NCBI RefSeq assembly: GCF_006345805.1
Contig: NC_043010.1
Coordinates: forward strand, 22,444,001-22,508,000
DNA: 64,000 bases
Origin: Octopus sinensis
Taxonomy: Eukaryota
Direction of reading: 5' to 3'
Below, one piece after another: positions 1 through 12,695 of this stretch. Numbering within the stretch: position 1 is the first letter of the stretch; every line of letters starts with the position of its first letter. A program made the position numbers and the translations under genes. The notes under the pieces are model-generated. The model was not told where the DNA came from, did no database searches, and saw only the letters and a list, made by a program, of their open reading frames with translations.

Positions 1-136
1 CATAACCTATATATAGAGATAACCTATATGTAGAGAGACAGGTAGATTTACCAGACAGACACACAGATAGATTGGTCAGACAGACAGACAGAGAGAGAGA
101 CAGAAAGACAGACAGATAGCTAGCTAGCTAGCTAGC

Positions 137-234
<98 letters not shown>

Positions 235-283
235 AATAGATAGACAGACAGACAGACAAATAGATAGACAGACAGAGAGACAT
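1..283. repeat. (GACA)n/(GCTA)n/(GATA)n compound microsatellite
   Basis: Tandem tetranucleotide runs visible directly. Confidence 0.95.
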
Positions 284-548
284 ATATGTTTCTTTATTAG
301 CTACACAGAGCTGCACGCAGACGGGACAGATTACAAAGTAGAGCCTTTCTTTTGGAGGAGTGAAAAAAAAGTTGGGGTAGGTTTTCGATCAAAAGAGATC
401 GTAAAAGGGAAAGAAAAAAAGAAAAAGAGCCATCAGTAGGGATCGTGTATCACAGAAATGTCATGATGTAAAGTGTAAAGGGGGAAGCAGATAAGGTTTA
501 TCCGTGGAAAGGCCGACGGAAAATACCACAGTAACCTCGGTCAATAAT
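284..548 (-). mobile_element. Short (GATA)n-anchored dispersed repeat, copy 1 (possible PLE terminal remnant)
   Basis: Shares ttctttatt, tcgatcaaaagRgatcg and Rgtaacctcgg blocks with 5348-5580. Both copies start right after a GATA tract and have AATAAA on the minus strand. Confidence 0.4.
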
Positions 549-557
549 GTTACATGT

Positions 558-649
<92 letters not shown>

Positions 650-1559
650 GTTAAATGCTTCTATTTCAGAATGTTGGTAGCTGAAACAGAAACTTACCGC
701 CTCGCAGGAAATTTTCCACCACGCCCCTCTTTCACCACCGGTTTTACTAGGGTACAACAATTAACTCGCTTTACTTATTTACAATGAAATGGAAGCTGCT
801 ATTATTATTTCCTAAATACGATATAGCTAGATATTTTCTAAGTAAAAGTTATTAAATTTCACAATTAAATTAAAGCTAAAGGTAAATTGCAAAATATTTA
901 TAGGAAAATAAATTTTATGATATTTTTTAAGAGGACGATATTTTTTTAACGCTGTTGATGTTCAGAACGAATAAAAATTCCCTTTTAAAGATTCACATTG
1001 AATTTGAAGCATACATATTGTTTCCTAAATATTATAAATATTTTTTTTTGTTAGTTTTAAAATTAAATTGAAGCAATATTTACGGTAAAATTGAATCCAA
1101 CTTTTTCAGGGGATATATGAGAAAAAGAATATTTTATTTTCGTTCTATTATTGACTGTAAATTTATTTTCGTGAAAGGAAAACAACGAAGCGATTGTTTA
1201 CATTGTATTTCATATCATATAGCCTTGAATTTTAAACCATGTGATAGAAGAGAAATTTGTAAATGCTATTGAATGTCATTTTTAAAATAAATGTCAACGT
1301 TTTCTTGCAATTTCTATTAAGTTTCTATTAAACAAATGTTAACACTTTAATTCTATGTAGTGATTTAATATTCGCTTCAAAAAATAATGCATTTTGCTTT
1401 TCTAAACTCGGAAAAAAAACAACAAAAAAATAAAAACTCTACTTAAATTTCTGTAGTAATATTTCTAATGGAAACTAACAAAAACAGCTTTAAATAACTT
1501 ATTTAAACATTAAATATAATTAATGTAATTACATAATATTAAAAATATTATTTCTAAAA

Positions 1560-2000
1560 TACAGAGGTCCACTAACAGGAAAGATTCGCCGATATACCTT
1601 CTTCAGATATCAATTCGAAATGTCATCCGCCATGTTGTTATCGGTGTTAGTTTTAGAATGCCTTGGATTCTTTTATTCTGTTATTCGTTTGTTACTCTTC
1701 TGTTATGAACACAGTGGGTCATGTCCTTTAACAAATTCTACAGCCATATCGAAACCAATAATTGTTTCAGTGGCGTGGCGCTTATTGTATTGATTTCTAT
1801 CGATTATGCAATGAGAGCTTGTCTAGACCTGACTGTTTCCGGACTGCCATTGGTCGGATGACAGTCTCAACAGCGTTTATTGTTCCTCCAGAAAAGCGTC
1901 ACGTGTCGTCCATGAACGATCACATATCAGGTGACAAATATGAGGTGTTTATAAGTAGACTTCCCGCCGTCCTCATATGAACACTGCTGTATTTTATCTC
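1560..2000. promoter_or_regulatory. Candidate promoter-like, CpG-enriched unique region
   Basis: YY1-type CCGCCATGTT at 1627-1636, CCAAT/ATTGG boxes, Ets-like TTCCGG, E-box GTCACGTG and E2F-like TTCCCGCC within about 400 bp. Confidence 0.3.
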
Positions 2001-2200
2001 CAATGGTATGGCCACTAATAACCGGGTGGAAAATTCATTTAAGACGAATACACTGGGGTGGAGGCATAGTGAAGTCATCGTTCTAATTTTATATCATTGT
2101 CCATGACGGAGAAACTAAAATATCTGACACAGAAATACGACTGAAGTAGAAAAGTGATGATGATCGAAACTGCGTTCATATATATGCACACACATATGAA

Positions 2201-2256
<56 letters not shown>

Positions 2257-2502
2257 TAGATAGATAGATATGCATATTTGTATGTGTGTGTATGTATATG
2301 TATATATACGTGTCAGTCATTGTTACCGAATAATTATGTTGTATGACAACTGTAAAATTAAAACAAAGAAACATTGATGATGTACCACTCTCCGTACTTT
2401 TTTTTTATAATTGTTTGAAATCTGTGACCAACTGTTTCCTGGAAGTGGTCACAAAGTTGTGTGATGAAAGAATTCCGACAAATAAACTAATAATAATAAT
2501 AA

Positions 2503-2571
<69 letters not shown>

Positions 2572-2990
2572 TAATAAAGAGAAGATCAAGTAAATAGTGC
2601 GTGTATTTATTGGCAGAATGACCCACCCAAATATAATAAAATCTGTTTCAACTCACGGTTTACAGTCAAAAACTAATTAGAAGTCTACAGATAGAAGCCG
2701 TCGATGGAACTGTAAACATATATAAAACAAAATGTTTAGCAGCTGAATACATATGCACCTATCTAGACGAGTAACCTTATGTAGGAGTATCCATGCATAA
2801 AGCAAAACATGCAGCTCTGAATCCAGATTCTTACATGTAGGCACACAGACATGCAAGCTACCAAGTTGAGGTTGTTGAAATTCCAATGGATCTAAGTCAG
2901 AAACCGTCTCTTTCTTCATTGGCGACAAATCTAGAGACGAAACTATCAGTATACATATATTCAATGCATACACATACATGCATGCATGTT

Positions 2991-3294
<304 letters not shown>

Positions 3295-4305
3295 ACATAC
3301 ATATACACATATACACAAACAGAAAGCAGAGAGACAGAGAAACACAGACAGAAAGACAAAGAGAGAGAGAGATACAGAAAGATTATGCTGTACACACCAG
3401 AGAAAGTAAAACGCTAAACGAATGCGTTCGAACATAAATATTTTGCAGTATTTATGATGCTCAAATTCCACAGAACTGCCGGAAACCTTCCATTGTGCTA
3501 TTAGTATACTTTAATTGCCGACGCTATTGTTCACAGAATTCTTGATATAAAATAAACAAAATCTAAAGATGATCTGAGAAGAGAAAAGAACCGAAAACCC
3601 TCATTAATTTTAGTATCACTTATCACTCTCTGGAAACCCTTTAAGGAATCCAGGTATCATATTTCACAGGATGAAATTGTAGATTTAAACATTTCCCACC
3701 ATAAGCTTGGTAGCTCCTACCAACATACACATATTGGTATCTTAAAAGAGAAAGCTCTTAATGCAATCACAGAAACGTTTTATAGTTATACATAGAGGCA
3801 GGTTCGCTTGTGTGAATGTAATCCTCTTAAAGTATACTTCCGCTTATTGTCTCGACATGCTAACAAGCTCTGGCGCCGTTGTTTGCGTGCTTCAAAGTGA
3901 ATGTTTACATTTAGTGATAGACTATGCAAATCTTGACAAAATTGATGGTGTATTTAAACAGTGTTGGGACTAAAAATAGGTTTTTAGCAACAACACTGAG
4001 TCTCTTAGGTAAACGTTGGCTTGAACTATTAATCCTTTGGGGAAATATTACTCGTATTTTTCTTTCTATCCCCTAGCTTACGCACGTTATCTTCGTTTAT
4101 CTTACTCTATCTTCCTAACCCGACACATTTGCACACGCACACACACACACACACACCACACACACACACACACAGATACATGTTTATTTCTACATGCATA
4201 ACTGTGTAAATGCATACACACACACATAGTACTTATGACTGTGTCTATACTTGTGTGTGTATGGGTGTGCACGCGCGCGTTTATTCTTAAACTAGAATGC
4301 TTTTG

Positions 4306-4357
4306 ACAGTAACTTCGCAGTTTCGGCCAGTTTAGCCTTAGCCTTCGTCGGACGATG
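4306..4357 (-). ncRNA. Degenerate type-I hammerhead-like motif (GCGA-capped stem III)
   Basis: Minus strand: CCGACGA (U4>C), A, GGCTA..TGGCC stem II, GAA, ACT-gcga-AGT, U17. Stem I is only partly paired. Confidence 0.45.
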
Positions 4358-4634
4358 AAACCTCGAAGTCCCTGCCAAAAACATTCTTATTAAGTATGAA
4401 CTTGCACCCTACAAAAGCGTAGAGTAACCCATCCGATTAATGTAAAATTGTGAGTTCAAACTCAGCTGAGGTCGGCTTTGCCTTTCATTATTTCTGGGTT
4501 GAAAAGTTCAGTACCTGTAAAAGATTAACGTGTGTGTGTGTACGTGTGTGTGTGTGTGTGTGTGAATAAGCGTACACCAGTGAGTGCACGCGAGCGGGTG
4601 CATAAAGGAAGTGAGAGAGAAAGGACAGGGAATA

Positions 4635-4818
4635 TAATTTTTCTACTTTAGGCACAAGGCCCGAAATTTCTGGGGAGGGAGCCAGTCGATTAGATCAACC
4701 TCTGTACGCAACTGGTACTTACTTTATCGACCCCGAAAGGATGAAAGGCAAAGTCGACCTCGGCGGAATTTGAACTAAGCATTTCGCTGACGTGCTGACG
4801 TTTCTGCCAGTTCGCCGC
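4635..4818 (-). mobile_element. tRNA-derived SINE family B (Nin/Deu-domain-like core)
   Basis: Reverse complement of GCCGAGGTCGACTTTGCCTTTCATCCTTTCGGGGTCGATAAA..AGTACCAG, plus family head and tail. Confidence 0.8.
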
Positions 4819-5250
4819 GTTATGGACAGATAATATAATGTTCTACCCTCGCTCGGACACAATCACTACACCTCTTCACGCGTTGCAGCCTCGGGTTACA
4901 TCTGCACTTCTCACAAGGCGTGCACATTCGTCCCGTCCTTGATAACATCTCTTCATCCTCGTCCTAGCAGCTCACGAAGCAAGCCCATGTTGTAGCTAAA
5001 ACGCTATGTTTTAGATAGCGTGTTAACTCTTGTTGTGTGTATGAGTGCTTCTGAGAGAGAGAGAGAGAGGGGGAGGGAGAGAGAGTGGGCGGGGGGAAAG
5101 GTCAGAGAAATGGAAAGAGGCAGAGAGCTAATTCATTTAAAACAGTTTATGCCACATCTTCTCCAATTTAGTTAAACGATAGATAGATGCATAGATAGGT
5201 AGGTAGGTAGGTAGGTAGATAGATAGATCTGCAGATAGATTGGTATGTAC

Positions 5251-5347
<97 letters not shown>

Positions 5348-5348
<1 letters not shown>

Positions 5349-5580
5349 TTCTTTATTTGGTCACACAGCGCTTAATAGAGAGGGGCAATATAATGTAGAA
5401 TTTTTCTTTTTTGAAATCGATCAAAAGGGATCGAACAAAAGACGTTTAGTGGGTTGTGTGGGACATATACACAAATAGATAACAGGGTGACAATTTTTAA
5501 AATTTGAATTTCACAGCGGGGCAAAATATAACTTTGACTAGCTTTATCCTATGAAAAATAACAACGGTAACCTCGGCAAA
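5348..5580 (-). mobile_element. Short (GATA)n-anchored dispersed repeat, copy 2
   Basis: Homologous blocks to 284-548, directly after a long GATA tract. Confidence 0.4.
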
Positions 5581-5799
5581 AGGAAAAATCTATGGGAGCA
5601 ATGTGCCCTCTCTCTCTATGTTTGTTTCACAGGTTAATGCTCGAAGTGGTTCCACCATTCATGCGTACCATTTCTGCTACATTCACGCACCTTTTATTAA
5701 ACATTTCATTAGACAAAACTTCCTTCTCTAGTCTTACCTTCCTTTTAAAGTAAACCCGAAAAACTTGATTGGCTAGAGAGGAAAGTATTTAACGCTACA

Positions 5800-5945
5800 T
5801 TATTGAAATTATTTACATTTGACGGATATTTGTCCGCATCTTGTTTGTTGTTAACACAACGTTTCGGCTGACATACCCTCCAGCCTTCATCATGTGCCTT
5901 GGGGAAATTTCAAATCTGGGGTCTCATTTCTAAGGTATTTATCAG
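5800..5945 (-). mobile_element. Penelope-like element terminal-repeat (pLTR) fragment with mutated hammerhead (5853-5898)
   Basis: Near-identical to 29238-29376 and 49620-49780. The core reads ATGATGA (C3>A), then GGCTG/CAGCC and GAAACGTT. Abuts a (TAA)n tract. Confidence 0.75.
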
Positions 5946-5948
5946 TGA

Positions 5949-5949
<1 letters not shown>

Positions 5950-6026
<77 letters not shown>

Positions 6027-6069
6027 TATTATTATTATTATTATTATCATTATCATCATCATTATTATT
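5950..6069. repeat. (TTA)n/(TCA)n microsatellite
   Basis: Direct observation. It lies between the PLE fragment and the R4 3' end. Confidence 0.95.
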
Positions 6070-7720
6070 CAGTAGTTTTATTTTTATAGCGTGCTTTCAC
6101 TTCACTACCGAGCGCAGCTCTGTGTGCCTTGGGTATGTGCTGTTGTTTGTTGTGATGCTCTGATGGTTATTGTATTGAAAGTGTTCTGCGTAGGATGTCG
6201 GTAGTGTCTAGTAGTGCAATTTTCTCTATGCTATATGTGTTTGTAAGTGCTGGTGTTTTTGTTATGTATTTGTCTGAAAATTTTTTATCATGCCTATTGC
6301 ACCTACTATGGTAGGAATTGTTTCTGTTTTTAGATTCCACATTCGAGTTACCTCTATTTCCAGGTCTTTGTATTTTGAAAGTTTCTCCATTTCTTTTAGA
6401 GACACGTTGTAATCTGCTGGTATTGATACGTCAATTAGAAAGCATTTTTTTTCTTCATGATCTCTGACAACTATATCTGGTTTGTTGGCCTTAATTTCTG
6501 TATCTGTGAGTATTGGCATATCCCAGAGTATGGTTGCTTTCTCGTTTTCTGTGACCTTTTCTGGTGTGTGCCTATACCATCTTTTTTCTGTTGTTATTCC
6601 ATAATGTTGGCATAGCCTCCAGTGTATATAGGTCCCAACTCTGGCATGTCTGTGAATATATTCCTTCTTAGCCAGGATTGGGCAGCCAGAGATAGTATGA
6701 TTTATTGTTTCTTGTCCATCTCCACATATTCTGCAGTTACTTGTTATATTCATTTTCATTACATGTTTTTGGTAATTTCTGGTGAGGAGGCTTTGGTCTT
6801 GTGCTGCAATTAAAAATCCCTCTGTCTCTGCTTTGAGTCCTGGAGCTTCTCAACCATTGCTGAGATTTTTCTTTGTCTATTTCTTTTGCATTTAGTTTAG
6901 TCCAGTATTTGCCATGAAGGGGCTTTTTATGCCATCGTTTTATCATGGTCCGTTGCTGTTCCAGTTTTAGTTTGGATTTCATTAGTTTTATAGCTTTTGT
7001 TGTTTCTTCTTCTTCTTCTTCAGCTTCCTTAAATACTGAGAACAGTTTTTTGTTTTGCGCGTGTTTTGTCGCTATTTGTATCAGTTTTTCTTCCTTCTGA
7101 AGTAGATATTTTTGCAGTCCTATGGTGGTTATTTTATAATAGTTTTCCAGCTGCATAAGACCTCTACCACATTCAATACGTTGTATATATAGCTTTTCTA
7201 TGTCAGATTTTAGGTGATGCTTCCTAGATCCTGTCATTATTTTCCTTGTTTTCCTATCTATTTTGGTTAGTTCATTTAGTGTCCAGTTAAGGATATTTTA
7301 GCTGTAACTTTTAACTGGGACGGCTAAAGTGTTAATACCTATTTTAGCATTGAGCTCTGATTTTAGTATTGATCTAACTCGTCTATAGTATTCTTTCTTT
7401 ATTTTCTCTTTCATTTGTGTGTGTTGTGTCTTATCTAGTTCATGGATTCCTAAATATTTGTAAGTTTGGCTTTGGTCTAATTCTCTTATTTCATTGGCTT
7501 TATCTAGTGTGATGTTGCTACCCTTAATTAGTTTTCCTCTTTTCAGGGTTACTTTGGCGCATTTTTCTAATCCAAATTTCATATCTATTTCTTTGGTAAA
7601 TCCATGACCTCTCTTTAGTAGTGATTCCAGCTGTTTGTCATTTGTAGCGTACAGATTTAGGTCATCCATATATAAAAGGTGGCTGATCGTTTTGCCGTAA
7701 CATTTGTATTCACATCTAGT
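6070..7720 (-). mobile_element. R4/Dong-clade non-LTR retrotransposon, subfamily A, 5'-truncated and frameshifted
   Basis: ORF pieces 7298-7669 (HLLYMDD), 6737-7237 and 6262-6759 (CRICGDGQETINHTISGC knuckle; KPDIVVRD..IDVSIP..K..KY restriction-like endonuclease). Terminal stop about 6167. TAA tracts on both sides. Confidence 0.9.
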
Positions 7721-7744
7721 TATTTTTCGATGTTGTTGTTGTTG

Positions 7745-7793
<49 letters not shown>

Positions 7794-7846
7794 CATTATT
7801 ATTATTATTATTATTATCATCATTATTATTATTATTATTATTATTC

Positions 7847-10713
7847 TATGTTTGACTTTTGCTTTATGTCTGTACAAGTTGGCTCCAAGTCTCACCCAGA
7901 GACCTCAAGAGACAACAGGTTGGAAGTTCACGTTGTTGTTATGCCTAGTGTGCCATATATTTGTGGGGTTTTTTTGGTGTTGTACTAGTGAATGTCTAAT
8001 ACATAGATTTTAAAAAAAGTTGCTTTAAACCATGGGGTTACATAGAGAGTATTTTGCGTAGGATATGAGCAGTTCCCATGAGCACTATCTTTTCAATTTC
8101 TGCCATTTTGGGGTTTCCTGGTATCTGATTTAGGTAGCAATCAGCCCCTTTCGCTACCATTCCCAGGGCACCTATGACAACATGAATTGTTTTAGTCTTC
8201 AGCTTCCACATTTTGCTGATTTCTATTTCAAGATCTTTATATTTGCTCAGTTTTTGGTAGGTCTTGACACATACGGTTATATCGATTGGGACAGTCATTT
8301 CAATGAGGAGGCATGTTCTTTGTCTGAAGTCTTTCAATATGATGTCTGGCCTATTTGCATCTATCTTTCTGCCAGTTTGAATGGTGAAGTTCCAGAGGAG
8401 TGAGATGTGGTCATTTTCAAGTACTGGAGGGGGATTGTGTTCCCGCCAGTTATTTTCATGGGGCAAATCCAGGTTTTTGCAAATTACCCAGTGAATAAAT
8501 CGTGCAGCTCTATCATGCCTGTTGAGGTACTCTGTAGGCGCTAGAAGACTACATTTGGAGACAACATGATCAATGGTTTCATATTGTTGTCGGCATACAC
8601 GACATGTTGGGCTACTGCCGTTCTTTAATATGTTGGCCTGGTAGTTTCTTGTTGGTAGGCATTGATCTTGAGCTGCTATGATAAACCCTTCTGTTTCAGA
8701 TTTTAAGCCAGAGGCCATTAGCCATTGATGGGTCAGGGCTTTGTCACTATCTGCATTATTCACCCTCTTTCGGTATTTGCCATAGAGAGGTTTTTCTTGC
8801 CATTTATTATTCAGAATACCTAAGGCCGCAGTTTTGGCACGGGTTTTCATGCGCTTAGCTTTTTCTGTGCTTGTTTCTTGTAAAAGTCCACGACCTCCAT
8901 CTTTTCTTGGCAGATAAAGTCGTTCTATATCTGCCTTAGGGTGGTGCATTTTATGCATTGTCAACAGTTTTCTTATTTTTTTGTCGAGCTGACATATTTC
9001 AGTAATTGACCAGTTAACGATATTGAAACTGTAAGTCACGACTGGTATGGCTAATGCATTGATCGCTTCGATCCTGTTTCTTGCATTCATCTCTGTCTTG
9101 AGTATTGATCTCACTCTTCGATAACATTCTCTCCTGATCCTTTCCTTCATCTCTGAATGCCTTATTCCGTTCCTTTCAATTACCCCTAGGTACTTGTAGC
9201 TCTCCGCTGGGTCTAGTTCTTTTATGACATTCTGCTGGTCAATGTTAGTGTTAGATGTTTCTGTCATTTTTCGTTTGATAAAGGTAGCTTTTTCACATTT
9301 ATCGAGACCGAATTGCATTCTGAATTGTTTGACTATCGCTAGTAAGCCCTTGAGTTGTTCGTCATTTTTTGCAAAAAGCTTTAAATCATCCATGTAAATG
9401 CGATGATTTATAGTTATCAAACATTTTATTCCCGTACAGCGCGTCATTGAGCAGTTTTGAGAGAGGTATTAAGGCTAAACAAAAGAGGAGTGGTGACAGT
9501 GAGTCACCCTGGAAAATGCCACACGAAATTTTTACATCACCAGCATTTAGGGATTCATTGTCACTGTTCAGAGTTAGTGTGGATCTACATGATCTCATAC
9601 TTACAGTGAAAAAGTTTCGCAGAGTAGGTGCTATCTTATGCATTTCCAGGCATATCCTAATCCAGCTATGTGGTAGGCTATCAAAAGCCTTTTTATAGAG
9701 TATCCAGGCTATTGATAAGTTTTTGTGTCGTTTGTGACAATCTTCTAAGATCATCTTATTGATGAGTAGTTGATCTTTACAGCCGTTGGATCCACGTTTA
9801 CATCTTTTCTGTTCATTAGGGAATATGCTGCTGTCTGTTAAAAAACTATAAGTATATTCCGTCAGGACAGATGTTAGCGTTTTATACATAGTTGTTAAGC
9901 AGGTTATGGGTCTATAGCTTTTTGGTTCATTTGTTTCTTCACTTTTTGGAAGCAGGAATTTTAACGCATTAACTAGCCAAGGAGGCATCCTACTAGGGTG
10001 TTGCAAAACATCATTGTACAGTTCTGTTAGCATTTCATGGCTCTCTGGGAAGGCATTCAGCCAGAAGTTAGGAATTTTATCCTTTCCTGGAGACTTCCAT
10101 TTGCTTGACCTCATGAGAGCAGATCTTATATCTTCTACTTGACACCCTCCCACTTTTGCTCTTCTAAGGGGTCCAGTTCTGTAGATATTCTGTCAATCCA
10201 GGGGGCCTTTTCGTTGTGTATTTTTTCTTTTGCCCAAATTTTATTCCAAAATCCCTGCACTTCTTCTTTTGATGGTACAGACCTTACAGTAACTGTTGTT
10301 TTTCCTATCTTCCTGTAAAAATTCTTGGGGTTATTTTTGAACATGTTGTTGTCCTTGAAAAATCTAACACGCTTTTCATACCTCGCTATGCGGGCAGCTT
10401 TGGCAGTTACCTTTTGCTTGATGGTTTCTATGGTGGCATCAATATCAAGTATAGTTTTCATATTGTATTTTTTCAGTAATTTTGGGGTTTTTGTAGGTTT
10501 TTCAAATATTCAATGTCAGATCTAAATAGTTTAATTTGTTGTTGCAATCGCTCTTACCAAGAAGGCTTTTTGTGGGAGTGTTGCCGTTTTCTAATCTTTA
10601 CACCACATAGGATCGTTGAGATTTTCGCGGATGCATAGTATAGGTGGTTGAAATTTGTGATATCAACATCATTAGCTGTAATTATATCCTTAAGTGCAAG
10701 CCGGATTTTACCA

Positions 10714-10714
<1 letters not shown>
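7847..10714 (-). mobile_element. R4/Dong-clade non-LTR retrotransposon, subfamily B, 5'-truncated (about 2.9 kb) and frameshifted
   Basis: ORFs 10135-10461, 9386-10153 (WKSPGKD, YRPITCL, GIFQGDSLSPLLF) and 8038-9447 (YMDD, CRVC..H..C, RPDII..IEMTVP..K..KY). 3' UTR 7847-8037. TAA tracts on both sides. Confidence 0.93.
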
Positions 10715-10744
<30 letters not shown>

Positions 10745-10767
10745 TATTATTATTATTATTATTATTA

Positions 10768-10838
<71 letters not shown>

Positions 10839-10849
10839 CATCACTGCCT

Positions 10850-10940
10850 AAATCGAACTCGGAATCTTGGGGTTAGTAACCCGCGCTCTTAACCACTACG
10901 CCATATGCCTGGGTATATTGCGCAGTGGTTAAGCGCGAGC
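10850..10940. other. tRNA-like SINE head fragment with an inverted partial copy
   Basis: Minus-strand head GGCGTAGTGGTTAAGAGCGCGG..GAGTTCGATT, followed on plus by GCGCAGTGGTTAAGCGCG. Confidence 0.45.
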
Positions 10941-11034
10941 AGAACGGCCTCGTTGTTCTAACCGCATCTCGGGCAGGTCAGTTCGATGTTTCTTGTGCCT
11001 TCATTGGAGGTCATTAGTTTAATATTTTTGCCTG

Positions 11035-12040
11035 AGGCGGCGTGCTGGCAGAATCGTTAGCACGTCGGGTGAAATGCTCAGCAGTATTTCGTCTGTCGCT
11101 ATGCTCTGAGTTCAAATTCCGCTGAGGTCGACTTTGCCTTTCATCCTTTCGGGGTCGATTAAATAAGTACCAGTTGCGCACTGGGGTCGATATAATCGAC
11201 TTAATCCGTTTGTCTGTCCTTGTTTGTCCCTTCTGTGTTTAGCCCCTTGTGGGTAGTAAAGAAATAGGTATTTCGTCTGTCTTTACGTTCTGAGTTCGAA
11301 TTCCAGCGAGGTCGACTTTGCCTTTCATTCTTTTGGAGTCGATTAAATAAGTACCAGTTACGTACTAGGGTCGATCTAATCGACTTAATCCCTTTGTTTG
11401 TCCGCTCTATGTTTATCCCCCCTGTGGGCAATAAATAAATACTTTTGCCTGAGGCGGCATGCTGGCAGACTCGTTAGCACGCCGGGCGAAATGCGTAGCC
11501 GTATTTCGTCTGCCGTTACGTTCTGAGTTCGAATTCCACCGAGGTTGACTTTGCCTTTCATCCTCTCGGGGTCGAAAAATTAAGTACCAGTTACGTACTG
11601 GAGTCGATATAATCGACTTAATCCCTTTGTCTGTTCTTGTTTGTCCCTTCTGTGTTTAGCCCCTTGTGGGTAGTAAAGAAATAGGTATTCCGTCTGCCGC
11701 TACGTTCTGAGTTCAAATTCCGCCGAGGTCGAATTTGCCTTTCATCCTTTCGGGGTCGATAAATTAAGTACCAGTTACGCACTCTGGTCGCTATAATCGA
11801 CTTAATTCCTTTGTCTGTCCTTGTTTGTCCCCTCTGTGTTTAGCCCCTTGTGGGTAGTAAAGAAATAGGTATTTCGTCTGTCTTTAGGTTCTGAGTTCAA
11901 ATTCCACCGAGGTTGACTTTTCCTCTCATTCTTTCGGGAGTTGGTAAATTAAATTCCAGTTGCGTACTGGGGTCCATTTAATCGACTGACCCCCTCCCCA
12001 AAAATTTCGGGCCTTGTGCATAGAGTAGAAAAGAATACTT
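11035..12040 (+). mobile_element. Tandem array of SINE family B (two heads, five body units)
   Basis: Body starts (GTATTYCGTCTG) at 11084, 11268, 11501, 11685 and 11869. Headless units have a 184-bp period. Confidence 0.9.
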
Positions 12041-12242
12041 TTTGCCTGAACTTTCAGAAAGAAATGGCGAAATAAACCAAGATAAGAGAATAACTGCCAG
12101 AGAAAGTATTGAGGAAGATATAGACTTAACAGATTCTTAGTTGTATCAAAACTTTCATATTTGTTTCGCCCCTGTTCACCAACCTCAATGATGAAAACTT
12201 GACTACCATGATCATTCATTTAAAATTTATTTATTCATAAAT

Positions 12243-12695
<453 letters not shown>

